Source of the DNA: a virus
Lineage: Duplodnaviria > Caudoviricetes
DNA: 32,412 nt
Virus record (IMG/VR): IMGVR_UViG_3300032218_003932
Coordinates: 1 to 32,412 of that record
Strand: one strand, 5' to 3'
Shown here: one piece after another, positions 14,895-25,000 of the stretch
Position numbering within the stretch: the stretch's first letter is position 1
Layout: every line of letters begins with the position of its first letter
The notes under the pieces: generated by a model
Seen by the model: the letters and a program-made list of their open reading frames with translations, nothing else
What the model was told of the DNA's origin: nothing
The model's database searches: none
Program-made: the position numbers and the translations under genes

Positions 14895-15851
14895 TTGCAA
14901 ACGCTTGTTCGCAATTCGCAAGAAGAATTAATTCTTAATGTATATAAGAATGGAGTTCTTACACCCGCAGATAATACCCCCACATACGTGGTGTCAGATG
15001 CGGATACAGAAGAAGAACTTTCAAGCGACAATGCTTTTGTAAGGGTAGATGTCTCTGAAAATCCTACGGGAGCTTATTATTTAATTGCAGATCCTGCAAC
15101 GGAAACTCTGTTAAATCGTGTGCTTAAAGTTACATGGTCATATACTATTGATGGTTATGCAGCCACACAGGTTGATTATTATCGGGTAGACACTCCATAT
15201 GCTCATGCAGACGATATAGCAGATTTTTTTGGATGGGGTCTTTCTCCCAATGATCCTAATTATATTAGACAAACAGATATTGTTAATGCAGAAAAACTTG
15301 CAAGAACAATCATTATTGGATATACAAATCAAGATTTTGGCTTAAGATATTCAACTCAAGAAGAATTTGGTCGCGGTGGAGATGCCATAGAGCTATTAGA
15401 AGTAATGCAAACTATTGATAAGGTTTGGGAAAATGACCTTCTTGTTTTTGACAATACCGTTGACCCTTCATACAACACAATGGGTTTTAACCTTGAATTA
15501 ACACAAACAAAAAAAGCAGTAAGAGTTATTAACCCAGGCTGGGATACAAGATATGACAATCAAGTAGACCCAACAGTATTGTATTATGGAAGATTTAGAA
15601 ATAATTCTAGATATAAATTTGAAGGCAAGATAGGTTATAAGTTTGTACCAGAGGATATTAAACTTGCCTCGATGCTTTTAGTAAATGATATTTTAACAAA
15701 CGATTACAATTGGAGAAATAAATATCTTAAGAAGGTCGACCTTAGTGAAATTTCATTTGAAATGGCTGGTGGGGCTTTCAACGGTACAGGCAATGTCATT
15801 GTTGACAATATTCTTGACCTGTATCGTAATATTCGAATAGTAGTGATCTAA
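14895..15851 (+). CDS. Head-to-tail adaptor/connector with N-terminal Ig-like extension
   Basis: AGGAGG RBS and TTG start; YAHADDI, AEKLARTII.GYTNQDF, GYKFVPEDIKLA, VDNILDLYR resemble adaptor proteins; gene position fits. Confidence 0.7.
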   Translation: MQTLVRNSQEELILNVYKNGVLTPADNTPTYVVSDADTEEELSSDNAFVRVDVSENPTGAYYLIADPATETLLNRVLKVTWSYTIDGYAATQVDYYRVDTPYAHADDIADFFGWGLSPNDPNYIRQTDIVNAEKLARTIIIGYTNQDFGLRYSTQEEFGRGGDAIELLEVMQTIDKVWENDLLVFDNTVDPSYNTMGFNLELTQTKKAVRVINPGWDTRYDNQVDPTVLYYGRFRNNSRYKFEGKIGYKFVPEDIKLASMLLVNDILTNDYNWRNKYLKKVDLSEISFEMAGGAFNGTGNVIVDNILDLYRNIRIVVI

Positions 15852-16303
15852 TGTTTTTTCCTTCTTTTATTGCTTCTGTTATGAATATTAAATCTGATAT
15901 TTATATTCAACAAAATGTTCAAGATACTGATACTGGATTTATAAATAGGCAATGGGTTTATAATGATACTATTATTTGTAAAATAGAACCAATGAAAACA
16001 TCTAACACTTCCTCAAGATCTGAAAATAAATCATTTGACAAATCAGGTCAAGGCGGATATCAAGAAAAACTTCAATTAAGACTTAAAACACTTATTCCTT
16101 TAAGCAAGCGTTGGAGAATTGGCAATATAAGATCTAGCGATAACAAACAGGTATATGTTGAGATGGACATGATTGATTCTCCAGATACATTTTTTGAAGT
16201 ATATTCTTCACATGCCGTCCTTGATCCGTTTGGAAAAGTAAGTCATTACGAAACAATCTTGCAAAGGGTGCCAGTTCAATATAATGATACAATTCAAAAT
16301 TGA
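15851..16303 (+). CDS. Putative head closure (stopper) protein
   Basis: 150 aa beta-rich protein coupled to the adaptor; assigned mainly by synteny. Confidence 0.55.
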   Translation: MFFPSFIASVMNIKSDIYIQQNVQDTDTGFINRQWVYNDTIICKIEPMKTSNTSSRSENKSFDKSGQGGYQEKLQLRLKTLIPLSKRWRIGNIRSSDNKQVYVEMDMIDSPDTFFEVYSSHAVLDPFGKVSHYETILQRVPVQYNDTIQN

Positions 16304-17009
16304 TAATACATCTTTAAGTAATTTTACAAATGAACTTAATAATAAGTTTTTTGGAATTCAAGAATTGACAAAACCAAGAACCCTAGAGGCTATTGCAAAA
16401 GCTTCTTTTACAATAACAGGAAAAAGATTTGTTACAGCAATGGACAGAAAAGCTCAAACAAATCCTAAGAAATATCATCATATATATGAATGGGGTCAAA
16501 TTGGTTCGCCTTCTGCTAGGCTTTTTGTTGTTCGCAGAATGAAAATACAAGGTGGTCATCTCACATTGTCTTTAAATTTTAAAAGATCAAAACGCCCAGT
16601 TCCAATTCCCAAAGAACTTCAGGTTCCAGGAAAAACTGGAAAAAGAGTAAGTACTAAACATATTTTTTTTAACAAAGCTCAAGTAATGGAAGATGGACAA
16701 CCAGTACATATTCATGCAGCAAGAGTACTTGCTTTTTTAGGAAATAATGGAGTTCAATTCGTTCCAGCTGGAACTGTTATTAATATATTAAATCCAGGCG
16801 GGAAAATGGTAAAGAACTCTTTTAAACAATTTTCCCTAGAATGGTATAGAAAGAACTATGCTCCAGTAATGGACTCTTCTGGAATCTTTAATCAAATTGA
16901 AAGAGAAGTTGCTCTTGTTTTAAATAAAAACAATAATGGTGCTCCTCAAGCAAGACAGACTATAATTAATATAACAAATAGGTACGCAGAAGGGTTGGAG
17001 GCGATTTAA
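16284..17009 (+). CDS. Putative neck/tail completion protein
   Basis: Basic 241-aa protein (HHIYEWGQIG, FFNKAQVMEDG) between stopper and tail terminator; assigned by synteny. Confidence 0.5.
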   Translation: MIQFKIDNTSLSNFTNELNNKFFGIQELTKPRTLEAIAKASFTITGKRFVTAMDRKAQTNPKKYHHIYEWGQIGSPSARLFVVRRMKIQGGHLTLSLNFKRSKRPVPIPKELQVPGKTGKRVSTKHIFFNKAQVMEDGQPVHIHAARVLAFLGNNGVQFVPAGTVINILNPGGKMVKNSFKQFSLEWYRKNYAPVMDSSGIFNQIEREVALVLNKNNNGAPQARQTIINITNRYAEGLEAI

Positions 17010-17521
17010 TGGCTGACTATACAAAATCAGCAGTTTATCAAGTTAGAGATTTGATATGGAATGAAATATTAGACAAAGGCTTACTTAATGAACAAGATTA
17101 CTATGCTGATGGATTTATTGATCCATTGATCCCTATAATCCCCGCACAACAAGTTCCAGAATTTAACAACTTGCTTCCAGGGAAACCATACATTACTTAC
17201 GATCTTTCTGTAAGACCTTATGGACAAGCCTGGTGGATTTGTGAAGAGGTTATTTCCTTAAGTATAGTGTCTACCAATGCTTCTCAAATACAATCTATAA
17301 TTAATTTAATAGTAGATTTATTCAGAAGATATGATAAAGCTGCTAAAGACGCAAATGACTATGTTGGTCAAGAAAGCCTATTTAATTATCATTATTTTTA
17401 TGTAGAAAATGCAGACCCAATTCAAGCTTTTCAAAGTGAAGGCGGGTTTATGGTAGGAGATATTTCTATACTATACGCTTATAGCAGAGACTTAGATATG
17501 CTTACTGGTCGCTACGCTTAA
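17009..17521 (+). CDS. Putative tail terminator protein
   Basis: Acidic 170-aa protein with KPYITY motif, immediately before the tail tube gene. Confidence 0.6.
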   Translation: MADYTKSAVYQVRDLIWNEILDKGLLNEQDYYADGFIDPLIPIIPAQQVPEFNNLLPGKPYITYDLSVRPYGQAWWICEEVISLSIVSTNASQIQSIINLIVDLFRRYDKAAKDANDYVGQESLFNYHYFYVENADPIQAFQSEGGFMVGDISILYAYSRDLDMLTGRYA

Positions 17522-17542
17522 GTTTGTTTTATTATTAATTAA

Positions 17543-17551
17543 TGATAGTAT
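17543..17551 (+). promoter_or_regulatory. Putative extended -10 promoter (TGATAGTAT) for the tail tube gene
   Basis: TGnTAnnnT in an AT-rich intergenic gap. Confidence 0.35.
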
Positions 17552-17613
17552 ATATACGAGGAAGTAAGTTTTTGCCAACTTTATAAAAACAAAGGTAGGT
17601 GAAAAAATAAAAT

Positions 17614-18363
17614 ATGGCTACAAACGTAAAAAATATTCTTGTGGGTGCAGCAGACCTATTTATCAGCAATGGTACAGGTTCTGACCGCCCATCGACAGAA
17701 ACATCTGATTTACAAACTCTTTTTGGAACAGATTCTAGCGCCCGTGTGCAACTTAATGGTAGTGCAAAGTGGCGTGAGGCTGGATATACAAATAACGGAC
17801 TTGACGTTTCATACGAACCTAATTATGGTGAGGTGATGGTTGATCAACTTCTTGATGCTGCCCGTCTTTTCAAGCAATCGCTTCGCGTGATTTTGAAGAC
17901 CGAGCTTACAGAAGGAACTCTTGAAAACCTGCATCTTGCATGGGGACAGATGGACTCATACTACGTTGCTAACTCTAATACAGCAGTTCCAACGATTTCT
18001 CAAGACACTCCAGTTACCTCTGAAAAGGGTGCAACCATGAACATGGCTGCAGGCGCTCTCGGAGATGCTCCAGTTGAAAGAGCTCTTATCGCTGTTGGAA
18101 ATGCTCCATATCAAGTAGGTCGTTCTTATACGGCTGCTGCTTCAGGAGTTACAGTATCAGGAAATACTTCAAATCTTCGCAATAAGGAGCGTGTCTATGT
18201 GGCACGTCGTGTTGTAAGCATTGATACCACAGCCCATGCTCTTAAGCGTGATTCTGCAACAGTATTCCCAGTTACATTCCGATGCCTTCCAGATGACACA
18301 AAGTCATCTTATGCAGGTTCTGAATACGGTGTTGTAATTGATCGTGTTTGGGGAACAAATTAA
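17614..18363 (+). CDS. Major tail (tube) protein
   Basis: NILVGAADLF, GYTNNGLDVSYEP, VDQLLD, TELTEGTLENL, FPVTFRCLPD; strong RBS; followed by a terminator and the chaperones. Confidence 0.85.
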   Translation: MATNVKNILVGAADLFISNGTGSDRPSTETSDLQTLFGTDSSARVQLNGSAKWREAGYTNNGLDVSYEPNYGEVMVDQLLDAARLFKQSLRVILKTELTEGTLENLHLAWGQMDSYYVANSNTAVPTISQDTPVTSEKGATMNMAAGALGDAPVERALIAVGNAPYQVGRSYTAAASGVTVSGNTSNLRNKERVYVARRVVSIDTTAHALKRDSATVFPVTFRCLPDDTKSSYAGSEYGVVIDRVWGTN

Positions 18364-18378
18364 AAAAACTTAATATAT

Positions 18379-18415
18379 TGGTTAAGCCCCCCTTCGGGGG
18401 GGTTTAACTATTTTT
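18379..18415 (+). terminator. Rho-independent terminator with C(UUCG)G tetraloop
   Basis: GTTAAGCCCCCC-TTCG-GGGGGGTTTAAC followed by TATTTTT. Confidence 0.92.
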
Positions 18416-18434
18416 ATGTATTAGCTATAAAAAT

Positions 18435-18443
18435 TGGTATAAT
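18435..18443 (+). promoter_or_regulatory. Putative extended -10 promoter (TGGTATAAT)
   Basis: Perfect TGnTATAAT just after the terminator and before the AGGAGG RBS (18458-18463). Confidence 0.55.
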
Positions 18444-18467
18444 TTTATAAGACAAACAGGAGGAATT

Positions 18468-18803
18468 TTGCCAACAACAGTATATGACATTGTGCATGTC
18501 GAATTATCAAATGGGGAACAATTAACAATCAGACCGCTTCCAATTAAACGCTTAAAAGAATTTATGACAGTTATTAGAAAGATGGACGATCCAGATCTGC
18601 AGTCAGAAGAAGCAGCAATGGAAATTTTTATTGAAGCAACAATGGTTTGCTTAAAAACACTTAAGCCAGAGCTTGCAGTAGACAAAGATGTTTTTGAAGA
18701 CGTCATTGAAGTACCTACAATGATGAAGATTCTAGAAGTAGCGGGTGGACTAAAACTTAACGACCCAAATCTTCTGGGAGCAGCTCTAGCTGGGACGAAC
18801 TAG
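18468..18803 (+). CDS. Tail assembly chaperone (gpG-like)
   Basis: AGGAGG RBS and TTG start; small acidic protein between tail tube and tape measure; slippery site near the 3' end. Confidence 0.8.
   Translation: MPTTVYDIVHVELSNGEQLTIRPLPIKRLKEFMTVIRKMDDPDLQSEEAAMEIFIEATMVCLKTLKPELAVDKDVFEDVIEVPTMMKILEVAGGLKLNDPNLLGAALAGTN
18764..18770 (+). other. Programmed -1 ribosomal frameshift heptamer C CCA AAT
   Basis: Correctly phased X XXY YYZ (gaC CCA AAT). The -1 frame is open from 18761 (after TAA 18758-18760) to 19096. Confidence 0.8.
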
Positions 18804-19096
18804 ATCTAGCTTCCTTAGAATCAGAAGTGTTTCTCTTAGGTCATTGGAAAAACTATGAGGAACTAGAAAACAATTTGTCCCTTGAGGAGTTGCAAGCAAC
18901 ACTCAACGCAATAAGAGATAAAGAAAAACGTGAAAGGGAGTTCTTAGCTGGTATCAATGGGATTGACCTTACAGAAGCCTCGCAATCAAAACCTGAGTCT
19001 AATGAAGACATCAGCTCCCTTAACAGTCCCTATAAAGCAAAAGAAGATGGATTTGGAGTCAACGAAGGTCTTGGCTTTATGTCTTTGGAGGGATAA
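18770..19096 (+). CDS. Tail assembly chaperone -1 frame extension (gpT-like part of the gpGT fusion)
   Basis: Reads SSGSSSSWDELDLASLESEVFLLGHWKNYEELE...; the GTG at 18827 used in the ORF track has no RBS. Confidence 0.75.
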   Translation, partial: SSGSSSSWDELDLASLESEVFLLGHWKNYEELENNLSLEELQATLNAIRDKEKREREFLAGINGIDLTEASQSKPESNEDISSLNSPYKAKEDGFGVNEGLGFMSLEG

Positions 19097-19099
19097 AAA

Positions 19100-22000
19100 T
19101 TGAGTCGCATTGAACTTAATATAGTTGCCCTAGGTAATTTTTCTAATGTAAATTCAGAGATTAGTGCGCTTAAAGCTAAAGTAGAATCTCTTAATAAAAC
19201 TTTATCAGGTGTTGGATTAAATAGTAATCAAATTGCCAGTGTTAAAAACATGGTTGCTGAATTTGATCGTGCTGTTATGTCTACAGGACAGTTCTCTTCT
19301 AAAACAATTCAACTTCAATCTGAAACAGAAAAATTTGGCAAAGCTCTTGAAGGTGGTAAATTAAAACTTAGAGAATATTATAATATTATTTCTCAAGGTT
19401 CTAAACAAGCTCAAGGTCAATTAAGAGCACTTGCTTTAGAACAAACAAAATTACAAAATTCTTTAGTTATATCTGATCCTTTGAGAAAAGGAATGGCAAC
19501 TGTATATACTCCAAAAGTAATTAATGAAGTAACAAATGCTACTAAAATTGCTACTAATCAACAAATGCTTTACAACTTAGCTTTGGATAGGGGATCAACT
19601 TCTCTTATTAATTGGGGTAAAAATACTCAATGGGCAGGTCGCCAGCTTACTGTAGGTTTAACGGTTCCTTTAACAATTTTTGGATCTGCTGCTGCAAAAG
19701 TTTTTCAAAACATGGATGCAGAGCTTGTAAGAATGCAAAAGGTTTATGGAACAGGTCTTGTTCAACCAACAAAAGAAGCTCTTGCTTCTATTAGAAAAGA
19801 CGTAGGTAGTCTTGCTAAAGAGTTAGCTAACTCCTGGGGAGTTCCAATTACTGAAACAGCAGCTATGGCTGCTGACCTTGCTGCCACAGGAAAGACAGGA
19901 CTAGATCTTGTTAACGCAACAAGAGAAGCAATTCGTCTTTCTAAATTGGGTGAAGTTGATCGTCAACAAGCAATGCAAGCAACAATTTCTTTGCAGAATG
20001 TTTATAAATTAAATACCAAGCAATTGTCAGATGCAGTTAATTTTCTTAACGCAGTAGAAAACCAAACTTCTACAAGCTTACAAGATCTAGTAGATGCCAT
20101 TCCTAGAGTAGGTCCAATTGTTGCACAAATGGGTGGATCATTTAAAGATACCGCTGCAATGATGGTTGCAATGAAAGAAGCAGGAGTTCCAGCAGCCCAA
20201 TCGGCTAACGCTATTAAAGCAGCCCTTGCTTCTATGATTAATCCTACAAAAGCTGCAAGAGAAGCATTTAAAGCCTACGGAATTGATGTTGCAGCAATTG
20301 CGGGAAACAATAAAGGTAATGCAATTGGAATGCTTACAGATCTACAAAATAAACTTAAAGATCTTCAACCACTTGCCAGAGAACAACTTGTTGAAAAAAT
20401 GTTTGGCAAGTTTCAAATGTCAAGAATTACTGCTCTTCTTGATAATTTAAATAAAGTAGGAAGTCAAAGTCAAACTGTATTTAAACTTATGGGAGCATCC
20501 AGCCAACAACTTTCTAATATGGCACAGGCAGAATTAAAAGTTCAAACAGAATCAACGACAGGTAGATACAAAAGAGCAATTGAATCGCTTAAAGCAGATC
20601 TTGTTCCCATTGGAGAACAGTTTACCAAAGTTATTACTAGACTTGTTCAATTTGGAGATACTGTTGTAAAATTTGTTGATAAATTAGGTCCTCTTAAAGG
20701 AGTGCTTGGAATTATTTTAGGATTTGTAGCAGTTGCTGGACCAATACTTATGTTAACAGGTGTGTTTGGAAACCTTTTTGGTTACATCTTTAAGGGTATA
20801 GCAATTATGAGAAATCTTACTCATGGAGTTACGGGACTTAAAGGAGTTACAGGTCTTTTAACTGCTGAAAATATTGCTGCAGCAAATGCTTCTGATTTAA
20901 TGGGTAAGAAAATGATTCAAGAAGCGGAAGATGTAAATATTCTTGGTAATGCTATTACTCAATTAAATCTTAAACTTGCTGATATGCAATTGTTAATGTC
21001 AGGTGCATCAATTACAAGCCCTTTATCAACAACTGATATAATCCCATCAACAACAATTGGTAGCCCATATCCAAAAACTCCACAAACAAATGCTTCAGGA
21101 TTACAATTTGTTCATGGAACTCCAGCTGTTATTTTAACAGAAGAACAAAAATTAAATTTAAAAAAAGTTTCTAAAAGTGATATTATTAAAAATAGAGAAA
21201 TAAGACAGGGTTATACAAATATTGGTTTTATGGCTCCACCTTCAATAAATAATGGAAATGACAGAATGACTGGTATTGAAGCTGCTTCATATTTTGAAAA
21301 AAATGCTCAAGTTGCAACTTCACAATTATTAGAAGCTATAATAAGCACAGTTCCTTCTGCAGCAAACAATCCTGCAGTAAGAGCTGATATGGAAAGATTG
21401 GCTATGAATCTTGCAGCCGAACTTAGAATTGCTGGAACCGCTGCTGTTTCTGATCCAGTATTTTATGGAGCAGTTGAAAGAGCACTTACCAAAACATTAA
21501 CAACTGCAGCTGCAGAAACTCAAGCAGGAATAGCTGCTGCACAAGGAGTTGTCAAAGTAGCTACTTATGGATCAAATGTTAGATCTAAAGGTGAAAGAAA
21601 AAGTTTAAATCCTGCAGAACAAGCTGCCGTAGGAAATACTGTATATTCAAGAACTTGGAATTCTTCATCTCCAAACGCACAAATAACAGGAACTTCAAAT
21701 ACAGCTATTGCTGATGTTGCATTATTAGAAGCAGCAAATGCTGTATCAAATATAAATAATACAACCCCCGCTCCCACATCACAAGCTGGAGCAGCAGTTA
21801 GCAAATCTGGAATACTTTCTAAAATTAAATCTCCAAAAATAGGTGGTGGCATGATTGGCATGGGAGCAATGATGCTATCTCAAATGCTTGGAGACAAACT
21901 TCCATCAGGAGTAAGCTCTACAATAAGCGCAGCTGGAACTGGAGCTATGATTGGAAGCTTTATTCCAGGGATTGGAACACTTGCAGGAGCCGTGGGTGGT

Positions 22001-25000
22001 GCTGCAGTTAATTGGATATCTACTCTTATGCAAAAAGAAAAAGATCATGCAGTTGTAGCTAAAGCAACTTTTTCAGAATCTGCAGCAGCAGTATCAATGT
22101 TTGGTGGAGCATTAAATGATGTTACAATAACACAACATTCTTTTACAGATTTTAAACCTGCTGAACAACTTTCTCAAATGCAAACATATATTACTCAAAT
22201 AGGTAAATTAAATGATTCAGAGCCAATTAAGGTATTAGCAAATTCATTTAAAGATCAAACTTCTGGTAAATCAATTATTGGAAACTTAAAATCTTTTGCA
22301 GCTGCTCAAGTTGCATCAGGTATGGATCCAACTAAAGTCAATGACATGATTGAAGCCATGCTCACTTATGCAGGAAAAGGTCACTTAGTTGCACAAGCAC
22401 AAAAAGAAATTGGTGCAGCAACAAAAGATGTAGAAACTGCTACAGTAACCTGGATAGGTAAACTTAGAGACGCATCTGGTGGAATAAGCGCTAATTCAAC
22501 ATCTTATAATCATTTAAGCAATGAACAAAAAGCTTATGCAGATGGTTTATTATTAGTAATGAATAGAATTTTAGATGTAAATGCTCCATTAAAAACAATA
22601 GAAGCTAATTTACAAGCAATTGGAGAAGCAGCGGGATCCGTTAAAGAGAAATATACAGCGTTGATATTAGCTGCACAAAATGCTGGTGACATGGGTCTTG
22701 TAAAAATATTAAATAATCTTCAATCAATGAATTTTAATCCAGGTGCAGCAGCTTATATAACTAAGATTGTTCAATCTAATCCAGATGCACTGCGTGGATA
22801 TTCAACTTCTCCATATGGACCATCAGTAAATAGTACAAAAAAGACTAGATTCGATAGTTCAGATACTGGAGTATTAAAAACAAATGATGCCAAAGCATTA
22901 ATATCAATTGCTGAAGATCCAAACACTTGGAAAGCAGTAGCTCTTTCTGCTAATAAAATTATAGATGCTCAAATTGCAGATCAATCACAATCATTAACAA
23001 CAGAAGAACAAATTAAAGCACTTGAAAAGAAAAAGAAACTTATTGATGAAGAAATTGCTCTTCAACAAAAAATTAATGATAATCTTAAAAAACAACAAGA
23101 TTACCTTGTTAGTCAAACTGATTTGCAAAATCAAATTAAAATGGCTCGCGCAGGAGGTGATTTCTTAAAAGTTGGATTATTACAACAACAGCTTGCTGCA
23201 AAACAACAAGAATATAATGCTCCACAAGCCTTATCAAGTCTTGAAAAACAAAGTAAATTATATGCAGATGCAATTCAAAAACTTCAAGATGCATCAGCAG
23301 CTGCTCAACAATCTGTAGCACAAGCTTCTATTAAAGCTTTACAAGATCAAAAAATTAAACCAGGCGAAATGAATGCTTTTGCTCAAGGAATGATTGATTC
23401 TTTTAAAACTTCCCTTAATTCTCAAGGACAAGTAAGTGTTGTAGGTAACACAGTAACAGTTATGCAAGCAAAACAACCTACAGCAAAAGAAATTACTGCT
23501 GAAGCTAAAAATTCTTATAAACTTTCAAATAGCGGTAGAGGTGGAGGTAATTTAAGATGGCTTGAAGGAGAAAGTCGCGTTAATGAAAATGCTTGGGTAA
23601 CTTTTAAAGTAGGAGAATTTACATACGCTTATGAAAGAAATGGTAAAGATCCAAAAGTTTATCAAGTAACAGATAATGGAGTTGACAGAATAACCTTAGG
23701 TTCTGTAGTGCCAAATCAAAAAGCTCCATCAGCAAGAGCAGAAGGTGGTCACATAACTGGACCAGGAACAGGAACTTCAGATTCTATTCCTGCCTATTTA
23801 TCAAATGGAGAATATGTAATTAAAGCATCTGCCGTAAAACAATATGGCAAAGGATTTTTTGATAATGTTAATGCTCAAAAATTTGCAGGCGGAGGCAAAG
23901 TAGATAATCACGCCACAAACATGTATGAAGCTTATCAATATCCAAAAATAGGGAATCTTGATAAAATAAATCCACAAAATAGAATGGATCATTTTTTAAA
24001 TAGAAATATAATGCATCCAACACTTTTGTGGTTAGATAGATTAATTTCTGGTGGATCAGGACAAAATCCTATGATGAAAGATAATTTAAAAGAATTAGAA
24101 AATTTATCTAAATTATCAACAAAAGATCAAATAAAATATTTAGGACTTCAAACAGGATTAGATATAGCTGGAACTCTTCCAGTTGAAAAAGGTTTATCTT
24201 TTTTAGGAAAAAGCGCATTAACAAAAACAGGACTTTTAGATCCAATCCGTACCGTCCACGCTGCTTCTGAACAACCAATAAAATTAAATCCTAATTTTGC
24301 AAGTTCTAAAATTATAAAAAATATTGAAAGATCTGCTGGTGAAATTGCAAGAAAAAATGATAGAATTGTACCAACTCAACATTCAGGAAATGTTAACTAT
24401 CAAAGTCTTTATTTACAAGACAGTAGTGATTTTGGTTTAGCCCATCAAAAATATTGGGGTAGAGCATATAATATTTTAGTAAATGAAAAAAATCCTGAAA
24501 TAACTGGACTTTCAAAAGAAGATTTTTTTAAAAAAATAATTGAAAATTCTCCTGGACATCTCTCTTCTTATGGAACTGGCAGGTTTGCGGGAGAAAAATC
24601 TTTGCCTCAACCTGTTACAAATTTTATAAAAGCTGCAAATCAAGCATATTTAAAAGCACATGGATTAAATCCAAATCAACCTATATCTATGTTTAGAGCT
24701 TCTGTAGATAATACAAAAAAATTTTTAGACAGTGGAGGTTATTATTCTTTAGATTCAAAAATGGCAGCAAAATATGTACATCATATTACTCGAGGTGCAG
24801 GAACAGGAAGAGGAAACGCAAACAATCCTTTAGCAGGATTATATAGAGCTATAGTAAATCCTGAAACATTTCATTCTCCAATTGGCTTGGGAGGAATGTG
24901 GGATGAATATGCAACTGTTTTTCATCCAGATCAAATAACAAATTTTACAAAAATAGGAAATGGAGTAAAACGTAATCCATTTGATGATTTTAGCAATTCT

